The translations under genes were made by a program, and so were the position numbers. Positions 38,207 to 46,935 of a DNA stretch of 64,000 nucleotides are shown here, in pieces (position 1 is the stretch's first letter; each line of letters begins with the position of its first letter). The stretch comes from an uncultured Oligoflexia bacterium (lineage in GTDB: Bacteria > Bdellovibrionota > Bacteriovoracia > Bacteriovoracales > Bacteriovoracaceae). The notes beneath the pieces are model-generated. The model did not search any database. It was not told where the DNA came from and saw only the letters and a list, made by a program, of their open reading frames with translations. The stretch spans positions 15,194 to 79,193 of the forward strand of contig CAKZJW010000085.1 of the NCBI GenBank assembly GCA_937120495.1, written 5' to 3'.

Positions 38207-39796
38207 ATGGCAAAAGAGCTAGTTATCAACCAGACTCATAATGAGAGTAGGGTTGCACTTATTGAAAATGGGGAAATTCTTGATTTCCTAATCGAACGTT
38301 CATCTGGACATAAAAATAGAGCAACTGTTGGAAATATCTACATGGGAAGAGTTCTTAGAGTTCTTCCTGGAATGCAATCAGCATTCGTAGATATTGGAAT
38401 GGAAAGAGCAGCATTTCTGTATGTTGACGATGCTTATATTCCAACACTTGAAGAACAGCGAGAGATGGCAAAAAGAATTGAGCAAAAAGAAGCGGCTACT
38501 CGAGAGAAATTAGCTAAAAGTGGTGCTCAGACAATTCCGGATGAACTCTCATCTCTTTCAGAGACGGTCGATATGAAATATAGACCGGATGTGAGAATCC
38601 AAGACTTTCTAAAAGAGGGTGATCATATACTCGTCCAAATTGCTAAAGAGCCAATTTCCACTAAAGGGCCAAGAGTTACAAGACATATAACTTTGGCCGG
38701 AAGACATATTGTTTTTATGCCCTTTATTGAACATATCGGTGTCTCAAGACGAATCGAAGGTGATGCGGAAAGAGATAGATTAAAGACAGTTCTTGAATCC
38801 ATTAGACCAGAAGGAAAAGGGATTATTGCAAGAACCGTAGCTGAGGGACAATCACATAAAATTTTAAAAGCTGACTACGTTCTTCTTTCAAAAATTTGGA
38901 AAGATGTTCAAAAGAAAATTGAAAAACCAAAAGCACCTCTTGATGTTTATAATGATCTTTCATTTATTCAAAGAGCACTTAGAGATATAACAGATGAAGA
39001 TGTTGATACAATTGTTTGTGATACAAAATCTTCTATGAAACAAGTTGAGAAATTTACTGGAAAGTATCTTCCTAAGATGAAAGGAAAGGTAAAACTTTAT
39101 AATGGCGATAGTCCTATCTTTGAACATTATGGAATTGATATTGAAGTTGAAAGAGCACTAAGCAATAAAGTATATTTAAAGTCTGGCGGATCTCTAAATA
39201 TCGATCAAACAGAAGCACTTGTTTCAATTGATATTAATACTGGAAAATTTGTTGGAAAGAAAACTCTTGAAGACACTATTTTAAAAACAAATCTTGAAGC
39301 CGTAAAAGAAATCGTCTACCAACTTCGCCTAAGAAACTGTGGTGGTATAATCATTATCGATTTTATTGATATGGAAAAAGAAGAGCATAGACAAGACGTA
39401 TTTAAAGCCCTTCTAGAGGCCTTAAAAAAAGATAGATCTAAAACAAATGTACTTCCAATCTCTGGACTTGGACTTGTCGAGATGACAAGAAAAAGAACGA
39501 GAGATACCTTAACAAGAGTAATGGCCGAGCCTTGTCCTTATTGTGAAGGGTCAGGAAGAGTAAAATCAGTTACAACTGTTTGTTATGAAATTTTAAGAGA
39601 GATTGGTAAGACCATGAAAAAATCTAAAGGTGCAAAAGTCTCTGTTTTTGCTCACCCAGAAGTTTCAGCTCAACTTACAAGTGAAGACTTTATGGTTTTA
39701 GAGAGCTTGGAAGAGTCTCATGGTAAGCAATTAATTATTAGAGCTGATAACTCATACCATATTGAGCAATACGAAATATTTAATCAAGAATACTAA
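38207..39796 (+). CDS. rng: Ribonuclease G / RNase E-family endoribonuclease
   Basis: It has the S1 domain GNIYMGRVLRVLPGMQSAFVDIG, the DNase-I-like block SIDINTGKFVG, the GGIIIIDFIDM block and the Zn-link CPYCEGSGR. Confidence 0.88.
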   Translation: MAKELVINQTHNESRVALIENGEILDFLIERSSGHKNRATVGNIYMGRVLRVLPGMQSAFVDIGMERAAFLYVDDAYIPTLEEQREMAKRIEQKEAATREKLAKSGAQTIPDELSSLSETVDMKYRPDVRIQDFLKEGDHILVQIAKEPISTKGPRVTRHITLAGRHIVFMPFIEHIGVSRRIEGDAERDRLKTVLESIRPEGKGIIARTVAEGQSHKILKADYVLLSKIWKDVQKKIEKPKAPLDVYNDLSFIQRALRDITDEDVDTIVCDTKSSMKQVEKFTGKYLPKMKGKVKLYNGDSPIFEHYGIDIEVERALSNKVYLKSGGSLNIDQTEALVSIDINTGKFVGKKTLEDTILKTNLEAVKEIVYQLRLRNCGGIIIIDFIDMEKEEHRQDVFKALLEALKKDRSKTNVLPISGLGLVEMTRKRTRDTLTRVMAEPCPYCEGSGRVKSVTTVCYEILREIGKTMKKSKGAKVSVFAHPEVSAQLTSEDFMVLESLEESHGKQLIIRADNSYHIEQYEIFNQEY

Positions 39797-40497
39797 GCAT
39801 CACTTTTTGTAAGAGGTGTACTATCCGCCTGGGGACAATTTGTTTCTAGGCGAGCTTGAAAATCATTAACAATATCTCGCTTCCACTGAATTCCTTCCGT
39901 ATTAAATTTAGACTTATAAGTTTCTATGTCTAGGACTTCAATATTGAGCTTAATTGTTTTAAATAGCTTTGGAAGTTTATCTCCTGGTTTTTGAACATGA
40001 TGAAGGCCACCACTATAAGCAATCAAGATATTACCTTCTTGAAGTTCTTGAATAATATCGGCAACACCAGAGCGAACTGTCATCTTTCTTCCATTTAGAT
40101 CAAACCCTGTGGGTCTTTTCATTCTCCCTTCAGCCGCAATAATTATTACAGAACGATTATGAATCGCTTCCATAAATTTGACCCAAGACTTATCACGCCT
40201 TCTTGTGATGGAAATCATCCCAGGGCTCATAATTTTCCAAAAAAGACCAACAAGAGGACGATTAAGAGTTTTATCCGCACCAGGAGCAACAAGTTTTCTG
40301 GCAAGTCTCCAAATAAAAGCAGTGGGAAGAGCTCCCATATAAAGAGGCTCGTAAAGAGATGTATGATTTAAAAGTGAGATGAGACGAACTTTTTCAAAGG
40401 TTGGCTCTGAGTTAATCCAATTAACTTCAAATTTGTAGAATACTCGAGCGAATATTTTAATTCCCATTAGAATGAAAAAGCTAATCAGTGTGCGCAT
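39793..40497 (-). CDS. Lysophospholipid (1-acyl-glycerol-3-phosphate-type) acyltransferase
   Basis: It has an N-terminal TM helix, the HX4D-type motif NHTSLYEP and the second block AAEGRMKRP. Confidence 0.7.
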   Translation of the reverse strand: MRTLISFFILMGIKIFARVFYKFEVNWINSEPTFEKVRLISLLNHTSLYEPLYMGALPTAFIWRLARKLVAPGADKTLNRPLVGLFWKIMSPGMISITRRRDKSWVKFMEAIHNRSVIIIAAEGRMKRPTGFDLNGRKMTVRSGVADIIQELQEGNILIAYSGGLHHVQKPGDKLPKLFKTIKLNIEVLDIETYKSKFNTEGIQWKRDIVNDFQARLETNCPQADSTPLTKSDA

Positions 40498-40619
40498 AGT
40501 TCACTGATATTAGTGAACTAAACTAGGTTTGTCTGTAATATTTTCATGGTGTACCAGTTTTTGGTACAGATTGTACCTTTTTGAGTGATGCGAATGGTCT
40601 TAGGGTGTATATTATCTCC

Positions 40620-41408
40620 ATGGAAACAACAAATGCACAACAAAACATTCAGAATCTTCTAAATCGAAAGCTACTTGAGTATAGATCTGTAAATCCTAAT
40701 TTCTCAATGAGAGCATTGGCGAAAAAGATCGGGCTTCAGCCTTCTGCGACGAATGAAATTCTAAAAGGCCAAAGAAGGGTCTCCAGAAAAATTGCTGAGA
40801 GAATATCTGTAAATTTATTATTGGACCCAACTGAAAGAGCAGAGTTGCTGAGCAGTTTTCCTTTAAAACTTGAAAGAAATAAACAGGCAATTGCAAGTCG
40901 AGAAGTGGAGATGAGTACAGTAAAATTGAACTCGCTTCAGTTTCAAACAATTAGTGATTCGCTTCATTATAATATTCTGTCTCTAATGAAAACAAAAGAT
41001 TTTGTCTCCGATATTGACTGGATGGCAATGAGGCTAGGAGTCAAATCATATAAAATAAGAAAAGCGATTGAAGTACTAGTAGAACTTGATTTCGTATTAG
41101 TTTCAAAATCTGGAGAGTTTAAGCGATCAACGGGAAAGCTTAATACAACAGACGACGTGTTAAATCTATCAATTCAAAAGTCACACCTTGAGGATATGGA
41201 GATCGCGAAGGAGAAACTTCTTAGCGTTGCAGTTAATCAAAGAGACTTCACTTCGTTTACTCTTCCTGTCGACCCAGCTCTTCTGGGGAAGGCAAAAGAG
41301 ATAATAAGAAAAGCACAAGATGACATTGCAGCTTTGATGGAAGAGGGCAATGCAACTGAAGTTTATAAAACAAGTACGTATTTATACCCAATTACAAATT
41401 TACAATAA
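40620..41408 (+). CDS. TIGR02147-like putative DNA-binding protein (HTH N-terminus)
   Basis: FSMRALAKKIGLQPSATNEILKGQRRVS resembles my memory of the Fibrobacter/Bdellovibrio paralogous family TIGR02147 (DUF4423), as does the overall size. Confidence 0.55.
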   Translation: METTNAQQNIQNLLNRKLLEYRSVNPNFSMRALAKKIGLQPSATNEILKGQRRVSRKIAERISVNLLLDPTERAELLSSFPLKLERNKQAIASREVEMSTVKLNSLQFQTISDSLHYNILSLMKTKDFVSDIDWMAMRLGVKSYKIRKAIEVLVELDFVLVSKSGEFKRSTGKLNTTDDVLNLSIQKSHLEDMEIAKEKLLSVAVNQRDFTSFTLPVDPALLGKAKEIIRKAQDDIAALMEEGNATEVYKTSTYLYPITNLQ

Positions 41409-41427
41409 AATTAAATAGGAGACTAAA

Positions 41428-42228
41428 ATGAAAACAAATTACCTAATGAAGCAATTAAAGCAATTTTCTCTTGCAACACTTATTACTACCACAGCTTTAA
41501 CGTCGACTCAGCTTTTTGCTGGCGACAGAGTTGGGAATGGAGGGGATACGGTTGCAACTCATTTTTATGAAATAGCTACTAGAGTTGGAAAAGTGACAGC
41601 GTCTATTTGTCAAAGCTCTCGATCTGAAGTTTGCTCATCAGAAATAGAGTTACAAGAGTTGATTAATAACCAAGTGACAATCTTTTCTGAAAAAATAGTC
41701 AGAGGTGTCGACGGTAGAGAACGAGATGCAATTAATAATGACAAAGACTCTATAACTGTTTCTCGCACACGTTGGAAGGATATGGAGTTAAGTTTAACTA
41801 GAAACGAAAAAAGAGTTCGATTAGTTCTTCATGAATACCTATCAATTTTAGGCTTAGAAAAAAGTGATAACTATTCAATTAGTACTAAGTTTATTAAAGA
41901 AATAAAAGATGGAATGTTTGATATTAACACAATCGCGGGTAAGTATATCGAAGCTCCCAAGACTGTCCTTGAATATACTTCTCCTGAAGTTTTAAGAGGT
42001 GGCGAGCATATAATGTTCTTAGCTAGCTCTGATAAAAATGCTGTGTGTAGAATCCTCTCCAAGTCGGCAAACGCGAAAGTGATTTCTTATACAACGCAAA
42101 GTGGAATGATCCCTGGGAGAAAAGTTTCTTTCGCTAAAGCTAAAAAAACTAGGTTGAAGATTAGAAATTGGTTCTCAGATGCCGGCTCGACAGTTATCAA
42201 TCACATTGTTTGTTCAATAAAAAAATAA
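41428..42228 (+). CDS. Exported hypothetical protein (266 aa) with an N-terminal GDRVGNGGD motif
   Basis: It has a signal peptide ending QLFAG, several Cys residues, and an internal LVLHEYLSILG. No family assigned. Confidence 0.5.
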   Translation: MKTNYLMKQLKQFSLATLITTTALTSTQLFAGDRVGNGGDTVATHFYEIATRVGKVTASICQSSRSEVCSSEIELQELINNQVTIFSEKIVRGVDGRERDAINNDKDSITVSRTRWKDMELSLTRNEKRVRLVLHEYLSILGLEKSDNYSISTKFIKEIKDGMFDINTIAGKYIEAPKTVLEYTSPEVLRGGEHIMFLASSDKNAVCRILSKSANAKVISYTTQSGMIPGRKVSFAKAKKTRLKIRNWFSDAGSTVINHIVCSIKK

Positions 42229-42238
42229 GGAGAATAAG

Positions 42239-42601
42239 ATGAAAGTACTAATTGGATTGTTTATTTTAGGAAGTTTCTCTGTGTATGCTGAATGTGCGAA
42301 TTTAAGCTTAGGTGTCAAAATTTGCGCAGACATTCTAGAAGAAGATGGGAATTATATTATTAAAAATATTCGACCTGATATTCAGCCTAAGAAGGGCCTG
42401 TCCAAAGAAATTTGTGCTGCATTTGGAAGCGAATTTGAAATTTATAAAATCAAAAAAACTTTTAAAAGGTCTGACTACTATTTTCCAACAAGAGGCTTTT
42501 ATGCAGGAGAAGGTATGGTTTCCGTTGGTGGAGGATTCGTGAATCAAAAAGTATATGCAAAAATTAAATGTTTAAAGAAATACAATCGAAAAAGCTATTA
42601 A
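42239..42601 (+). CDS. Small exported Cys-containing protein (120 aa)
   Basis: It has the signal peptide LFILGSFSVYA and 4 Cys in the mature part. The RBS AAGGAG lies upstream. Confidence 0.5.
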   Translation: MKVLIGLFILGSFSVYAECANLSLGVKICADILEEDGNYIIKNIRPDIQPKKGLSKEICAAFGSEFEIYKIKKTFKRSDYYFPTRGFYAGEGMVSVGGGFVNQKVYAKIKCLKKYNRKSY

Positions 42602-42773
42602 TTGTTATATTTAATACCCACTCGATAGGGGCTTTTAAAAGACACAAAGGTCCCTCTTCGTTTGTCTGTATTAATTTCACGGTCTCAAAAATGGTCCAGA
42701 AATAATTCAATCTGATATCAAAAAATTCCAAATACCTATATAAGTAGTTCATAAACTTAATCAAAGGAAAAAC

Positions 42774-43208
42774 ATGAAATTACTTATTATCTTGTCTATT
42801 GCAATATTCAGTTCAGCATCATTTGCATGCTCATGTGTTCAGGGATTTGTGAGCGCTGTTCATTATGACAAAGAGGTTCTTGTATCAAAGCATTTCAAAA
42901 TAGAGAGGCAAAAATTAAATTCGATGGAACTTATTAGCGAGAGAGATAGAAACACAATTGCTCAAAACGCGATTCAGACAGTTTTATTTCCACTATCAAT
43001 AGCATTCTACTTAACAGCTGGAGATTGTGAAAGATCTTGCTCTAAAGGCTCAAAGGCCGTTGGTGTTATTAAATACAAAGTAGATTACATTAATAATTTT
43101 GACAAAAGATGCACTGCGCTAGTTAAAATTAAAGGAAAAGTAAACTGGTATGGAAATGATTATAAACGAGTAAAGGTTAAAACTTTGAAAAAAGTCTGTG
43201 AGATCTAA
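42774..43208 (+). CDS. Small exported Cys-containing protein (144 aa)
   Basis: It has the signal peptide IAIFSSASFA and 7 Cys in the mature part. The RBS AAGGAAA lies upstream and a strong terminator follows. Confidence 0.5.
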   Translation: MKLLIILSIAIFSSASFACSCVQGFVSAVHYDKEVLVSKHFKIERQKLNSMELISERDRNTIAQNAIQTVLFPLSIAFYLTAGDCERSCSKGSKAVGVIKYKVDYINNFDKRCTALVKIKGKVNWYGNDYKRVKVKTLKKVCEI

Positions 43209-43232
43209 AAAATAGCTATATTTATTGTGATT

Positions 43233-43258
43233 AGCCCTATGAATTTAGGGCTTTTTTT
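43233..43258 (+). terminator. Rho-independent terminator
   Basis: The hairpin is AGCCCTA-tgaatt-TAGGGCT, followed by T7. Confidence 0.8.
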
Positions 43259-43359
43259 GTTAAATTCCTTCCACATTTAGTTATAAAACCGTAAAACGAT
43301 CAAATCACTAACTCGCTGCATCCCATGAGGTGTGGCTAATATATACCCAGGAGAATTGT

Positions 43360-43953
43360 ATGATTTATGAATCGGCATTTGTTCTTAGCTCTAACGCGAG
43401 CGAAGAAGCCATTAAAAAAACAACAGATCTTGTAGCATCAACTATCAAGGACTTCGATGGAGAAGTTTTAGTTAACGATGCATGGGGAGTAAAAACTTTT
43501 GCACAGCCTACAGAAAAAGGTGAAACAAGAGGGAACTACTTCTACATTATGTACAAGGCAAACACGAACTGTAACACTGAGCTTGAAAGACGTTTCAGAA
43601 TTTCTGAAGATGTTTTAAAATTTATCTTTATCAACCTAGGTGTTGATGCTGATCAAGAAGCTATTGTTAAAGCTTACAAAAAACCAGCAGCTTCAACAGA
43701 AGCTTACGGTGACGCTGAAAAAGAAAAGAAAATGTTCTCTAAGAGAAAATCTTGTTATTTTTCTGCTAAGAAAACAGCTCCAGATTGGAAAGACCCTTCT
43801 TCTTACTCTTGGTTAGTAAATGAGTTTGGTAAAATCTCTCCAGCAAGAGTTACAGGACTTAGACCTAAGTTTCAAAGATCAGCTACTACTGCTATTAAGC
43901 GTGGTCGTTGTATGGGACTTATCAGTTATATGTCTAACCACACAGCTAGATAA
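43360..43953 (+). CDS. rpsF: 30S ribosomal proteins S6 and S18 encoded as one continuous reading frame (rpsF-rpsR fusion)
   Basis: AGGAGA lies 6 nt before the ATG at 43360. The S6-like module covers residues 1 to about 95. The S18-like module runs from about residue 125 (KRKSCYFSAKK...ISPARVTGLRPKFQRSATTAIKRGRCMGLISY). There is no stop codon between them. Confidence 0.75.
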   Translation: MIYESAFVLSSNASEEAIKKTTDLVASTIKDFDGEVLVNDAWGVKTFAQPTEKGETRGNYFYIMYKANTNCNTELERRFRISEDVLKFIFINLGVDADQEAIVKAYKKPAASTEAYGDAEKEKKMFSKRKSCYFSAKKTAPDWKDPSSYSWLVNEFGKISPARVTGLRPKFQRSATTAIKRGRCMGLISYMSNHTAR

Positions 43954-43963
43954 TTAAAAGCTA

Positions 43964-44944
43964 ATGACTGTAGACCAAAGAAACACTTTTAACTTAACTA
44001 TGATACCTGGCCTGATTCTTTCGGGGTTAATGGCATTTTTACTTTGTTCAAGTGGACTCTTTTCAATACTTTCACCAATGCCACTGGTTACAGCTGGAAT
44101 TCGCTATGGGAAGCAAATGCTTTACCCTCTAGGTGTTCTAACTTTAATTGTGACTTATTTCCTTTTTAAAGGAAAAGATGGCTCGTTCTTTTTAATAGGG
44201 ATGCTTTGTCTTTATGTCGTAATATCTTTTTTGATTTGCGAAATAATAGATAGAAAAATTTCTCCAGCAAAAGGAATGATTGGCGCGGGACTTTTAACGC
44301 TATTAATTTCATTCGGAAGTATATTCGCTTTTCTATCAGATAAGGGAAAGACTCCAAAGGAATTTTTTGTTGATAAGGTTGTTGCTAACCAAAAATCATA
44401 TTCATCAATGGTTGGACTCTTTTATGAGAAAGACTCTCTTGAATATAAAAGTTTTGTTCAAAAAATAGAAAAAGAACCTGGAGTTTTTGCCGATGAGGTA
44501 ATCCCAGTAATCCCAAAAGTTTTAATTGTATTATCTTTTATAACAGTTTGGATTAATTTGTGTTTAGGTTTTAAAAATCGTTTTCTAAGAGGCTCTAGAC
44601 GAGAAGAATTAGAAAAACTGATTAACTTTAAAGTCCCGGATCATTTTGTTTGGCTATTTATTGCAGGACTTGGATTTGTCGTTTTTGGAGAGTATCTAGG
44701 AGCAGTCGTTCCTGAGGTCGGAAGTTATATCCTAACGGTACTAAGTATTTTTTATTTCTTTCAAGGATTTGGAATTTATGTTTCATTTCTAGATAGTCTT
44801 AAAGTATTTGGTTTTTTTAGAATGCTTTTAATCGTATCTACTGTTTATATGGCATTTCAGATTTTAATCTTAATTGGTTTTACTGATTTGTTTGTGAATT
44901 TTAGACGCTTTTTTAAAAAGAATAATAATGAAGGAGAATTATAA
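43964..44944 (+). CDS. Polytopic membrane protein, DUF2232 (YybS)-like by position and topology
   Basis: It has about 8 TM segments and sits between rpsR and rplI, as yybS does in other lineages. Its stop shares one nucleotide with the rplI start. Confidence 0.45.
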   Translation: MTVDQRNTFNLTMIPGLILSGLMAFLLCSSGLFSILSPMPLVTAGIRYGKQMLYPLGVLTLIVTYFLFKGKDGSFFLIGMLCLYVVISFLICEIIDRKISPAKGMIGAGLLTLLISFGSIFAFLSDKGKTPKEFFVDKVVANQKSYSSMVGLFYEKDSLEYKSFVQKIEKEPGVFADEVIPVIPKVLIVLSFITVWINLCLGFKNRFLRGSRREELEKLINFKVPDHFVWLFIAGLGFVVFGEYLGAVVPEVGSYILTVLSIFYFFQGFGIYVSFLDSLKVFGFFRMLLIVSTVYMAFQILILIGFTDLFVNFRRFFKKNNNEGEL

Positions 44945-45519
44945 TGAAAGTTATACTAACAGAAAGAGTTAAATCTCTTGGAAGTGTAGGGGAGACAGTA
45001 AATGTTTCTCAAGGTTATGGAAGAAATTTCTTAATCCCTAATAAATTAGCAGTTCTTGCTGACGAGTCTAACTCAAAGCAAATTGCTGATCATGAAAAAA
45101 GATTAGCAAAAAAAGTTGCAGAAGAAAAAGCTGCAGCAGAAGCAATCGCTAAGAAGCTTGGTGGTGTTGTTGTAACATTAACTAAGAAAGTTGGTGGGAA
45201 TGGTTCTCTATTTGGAACTGTTACAAACACTGAGCTAGCTAAAGAGTTAGAAAAAAGTGATATTCATCTTGAAAGAAGAATGATTACTATCGACACTCCT
45301 ATTAAAACAACTGGTACATTTGATATTTCTGCAAAGATCTTCAAAGGTGTTGAAGGTGTTTTCAAGGTTAAAGTTGAAGTTGATCCTGTTCAAGCTGAAG
45401 AAATGAAGAAAAAGCAAGCTGCTGCAGCTGCTAAAAAAGCTGCTAAGAAAGAAGAGGCGAAAGCTGAATCTGAAGCAGAAGTTGACGCTGAAGCGACTGA
45501 AACAACAGAAGAAGCATAA
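44944..45519 (+). CDS. rplI: 50S ribosomal protein L9 with a K/A/E-rich C-terminal extension
   Basis: MKVILTERVKSLGSVGETVNVSQGYGRNFLIP is the canonical L9 N-terminus. About 45 extra low-complexity residues sit at the C-terminus. Confidence 0.92.
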   Translation: MKVILTERVKSLGSVGETVNVSQGYGRNFLIPNKLAVLADESNSKQIADHEKRLAKKVAEEKAAAEAIAKKLGGVVVTLTKKVGGNGSLFGTVTNTELAKELEKSDIHLERRMITIDTPIKTTGTFDISAKIFKGVEGVFKVKVEVDPVQAEEMKKKQAAAAAKKAAKKEEAKAESEAEVDAEATETTEEA

Positions 45520-45525
45520 TTTTTT

Positions 45526-45571
45526 AGTCCACTCATATTACAAGTTGATAGGGGTGGACTTCTTTTTTTTT
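45526..45571 (+). terminator. Rho-independent terminator (7-bp stem, long loop, T9 run)
   Basis: AGTCCAC ... GTGGACT is followed by TCTTTTTTTTT. Confidence 0.6.
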
Positions 45572-45585
45572 ATCAAGGAAAATGA

Positions 45586-46935
45586 ATGAGTACTAATCAA
45601 CCAGCAGATCTTCCACATGACTTTTTAGCTGAGAAAGCTTTAATCGGTTCACTGTTAATAGATAATGCTGCGTTTGATGAGATTACTGATATTCAACTAG
45701 AGCCAGCGGATTTTTACCATCCTCAATATGGGCAAATCTTTACAGCAATAAATGACTTAGCAATTTCAGATATGCCCTTTGATCTTGTAAGTGTAAGTGC
45801 AAAGCTTAGTGACCTAGGAAAATTAGAGGTTATCGGTGGGCAGGCAGCTCTTGCAAACTTTATTGAAGACACTGCAAGTTCTGCAAATATTTATCACTAT
45901 ACAAAAATTGTAAAAAACAAATCAACTCTTAGACAAATTGTTAGAAACTCAATGCGAATCACTGATCAAGGTATGAACTTTGTTGGAGATATTAAAGAGT
46001 TTATCGAAGAAGTTGAATCAAGTTTCTTTAGTCTTGCAAATCAAACAAGAACAAACTTTGTTAAGACTCTAAAAGAATCACTAATACAAAACTTAAAAAA
46101 TATGGAGAAGGGAAAAAGAGAACCAGGAGAAATTCTTGGTCTTTCTACTGGATGGCCTTCAATAGATAAAAAATTACTTGGAATGCAAGCTGGGCAGATG
46201 ATTATCGTTGCAGCAAGACCTGCGATGGGGAAGACGGCCTTTGCTGTTAACCTTGCTATAAATGCTTGTAAGACATCTAAGCTTCCAGTAATGATTTACT
46301 CTTACGAGATGCTCGCACCCGAGATTTCGGGAAGGCTTCTCTCTGCAGAGGCAAATATCGATTCAAGAAAGTTAAGAACAAATGACTTTAATGATATGGA
46401 TATGAGAAATATCTCCGCTGCTGTAAAGAATATGTCATCGCTTCCAATTTATATAAACGATTCAGGGGGAACGACTCTTCTTGATATTAAATCTCAGTCT
46501 AGAAAAATTAAAAGTGATCAAGGGCTGGGGATGATTATTATCGACTACCTTCAGCTAATGAAACCGCATGTTCGTAAAAACTCTAGAGAGCAAGAAATTG
46601 CAGAGATCTCAAGGGGGATTAAGGAATTGGCAAAAGAGCTTGAGTGTCCAATCATCGCTCTTTCTCAGCTTAACCGTTCTGCGGCTTCAAGAACAGATAG
46701 AAGACCTCAGATGCAGGATTTAAGAGAGTCAGGTTCAATTGAGCAGGATGCCGATATTGTAATTCTTCTTCACAGAGAAGAGTACTATGATGAGAACACT
46801 CCTAAGAAGGGGATGGCCGAAATTATAGTTGCCAAAAACAGAGCCGGAGAACAAGGAACTGTGGAGATGGCTTGGATTGCAAATCAGACAAAATTTGCGG
46901 AACTACAGTTCCAGTCAAATCAAAATGAGAGCTGA
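45586..46935 (+). CDS. dnaB: Replicative DNA helicase
   Basis: It has the N-terminal block PHDFLAEKALIGSLL, Walker A ARPAMGKTAF, Walker B IIIDYLQLM, then ALSQLNR and ADIVILLHRE. Confidence 0.93.
   Translation: MSTNQPADLPHDFLAEKALIGSLLIDNAAFDEITDIQLEPADFYHPQYGQIFTAINDLAISDMPFDLVSVSAKLSDLGKLEVIGGQAALANFIEDTASSANIYHYTKIVKNKSTLRQIVRNSMRITDQGMNFVGDIKEFIEEVESSFFSLANQTRTNFVKTLKESLIQNLKNMEKGKREPGEILGLSTGWPSIDKKLLGMQAGQMIIVAARPAMGKTAFAVNLAINACKTSKLPVMIYSYEMLAPEISGRLLSAEANIDSRKLRTNDFNDMDMRNISAAVKNMSSLPIYINDSGGTTLLDIKSQSRKIKSDQGLGMIIIDYLQLMKPHVRKNSREQEIAEISRGIKELAKELECPIIALSQLNRSAASRTDRRPQMQDLRESGSIEQDADIVILLHREEYYDENTPKKGMAEIIVAKNRAGEQGTVEMAWIANQTKFAELQFQSNQNES

Noticed and set aside
43259-43359. Looked for the conserved rpsF-leader RNA motif (S6:S18 autoregulatory hairpin) upstream of the fused gene.
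   Set aside because: Only a weak 4-bp hairpin (CATCC...AGGTG) is visible by eye. I cannot support a call without a covariance-model search.
46829-46924. The longer ORF-track start for pabB. Similar upstream extensions exist at 43330, 34070, 33991, 40581, 48578, 19929, 8331, 8774 and 62110.
   Set aside because: The extensions overlap the preceding gene or a terminator and lack an RBS. Internal ATG codons with GGAG-type RBS, or N-termini that fit the family, match better.
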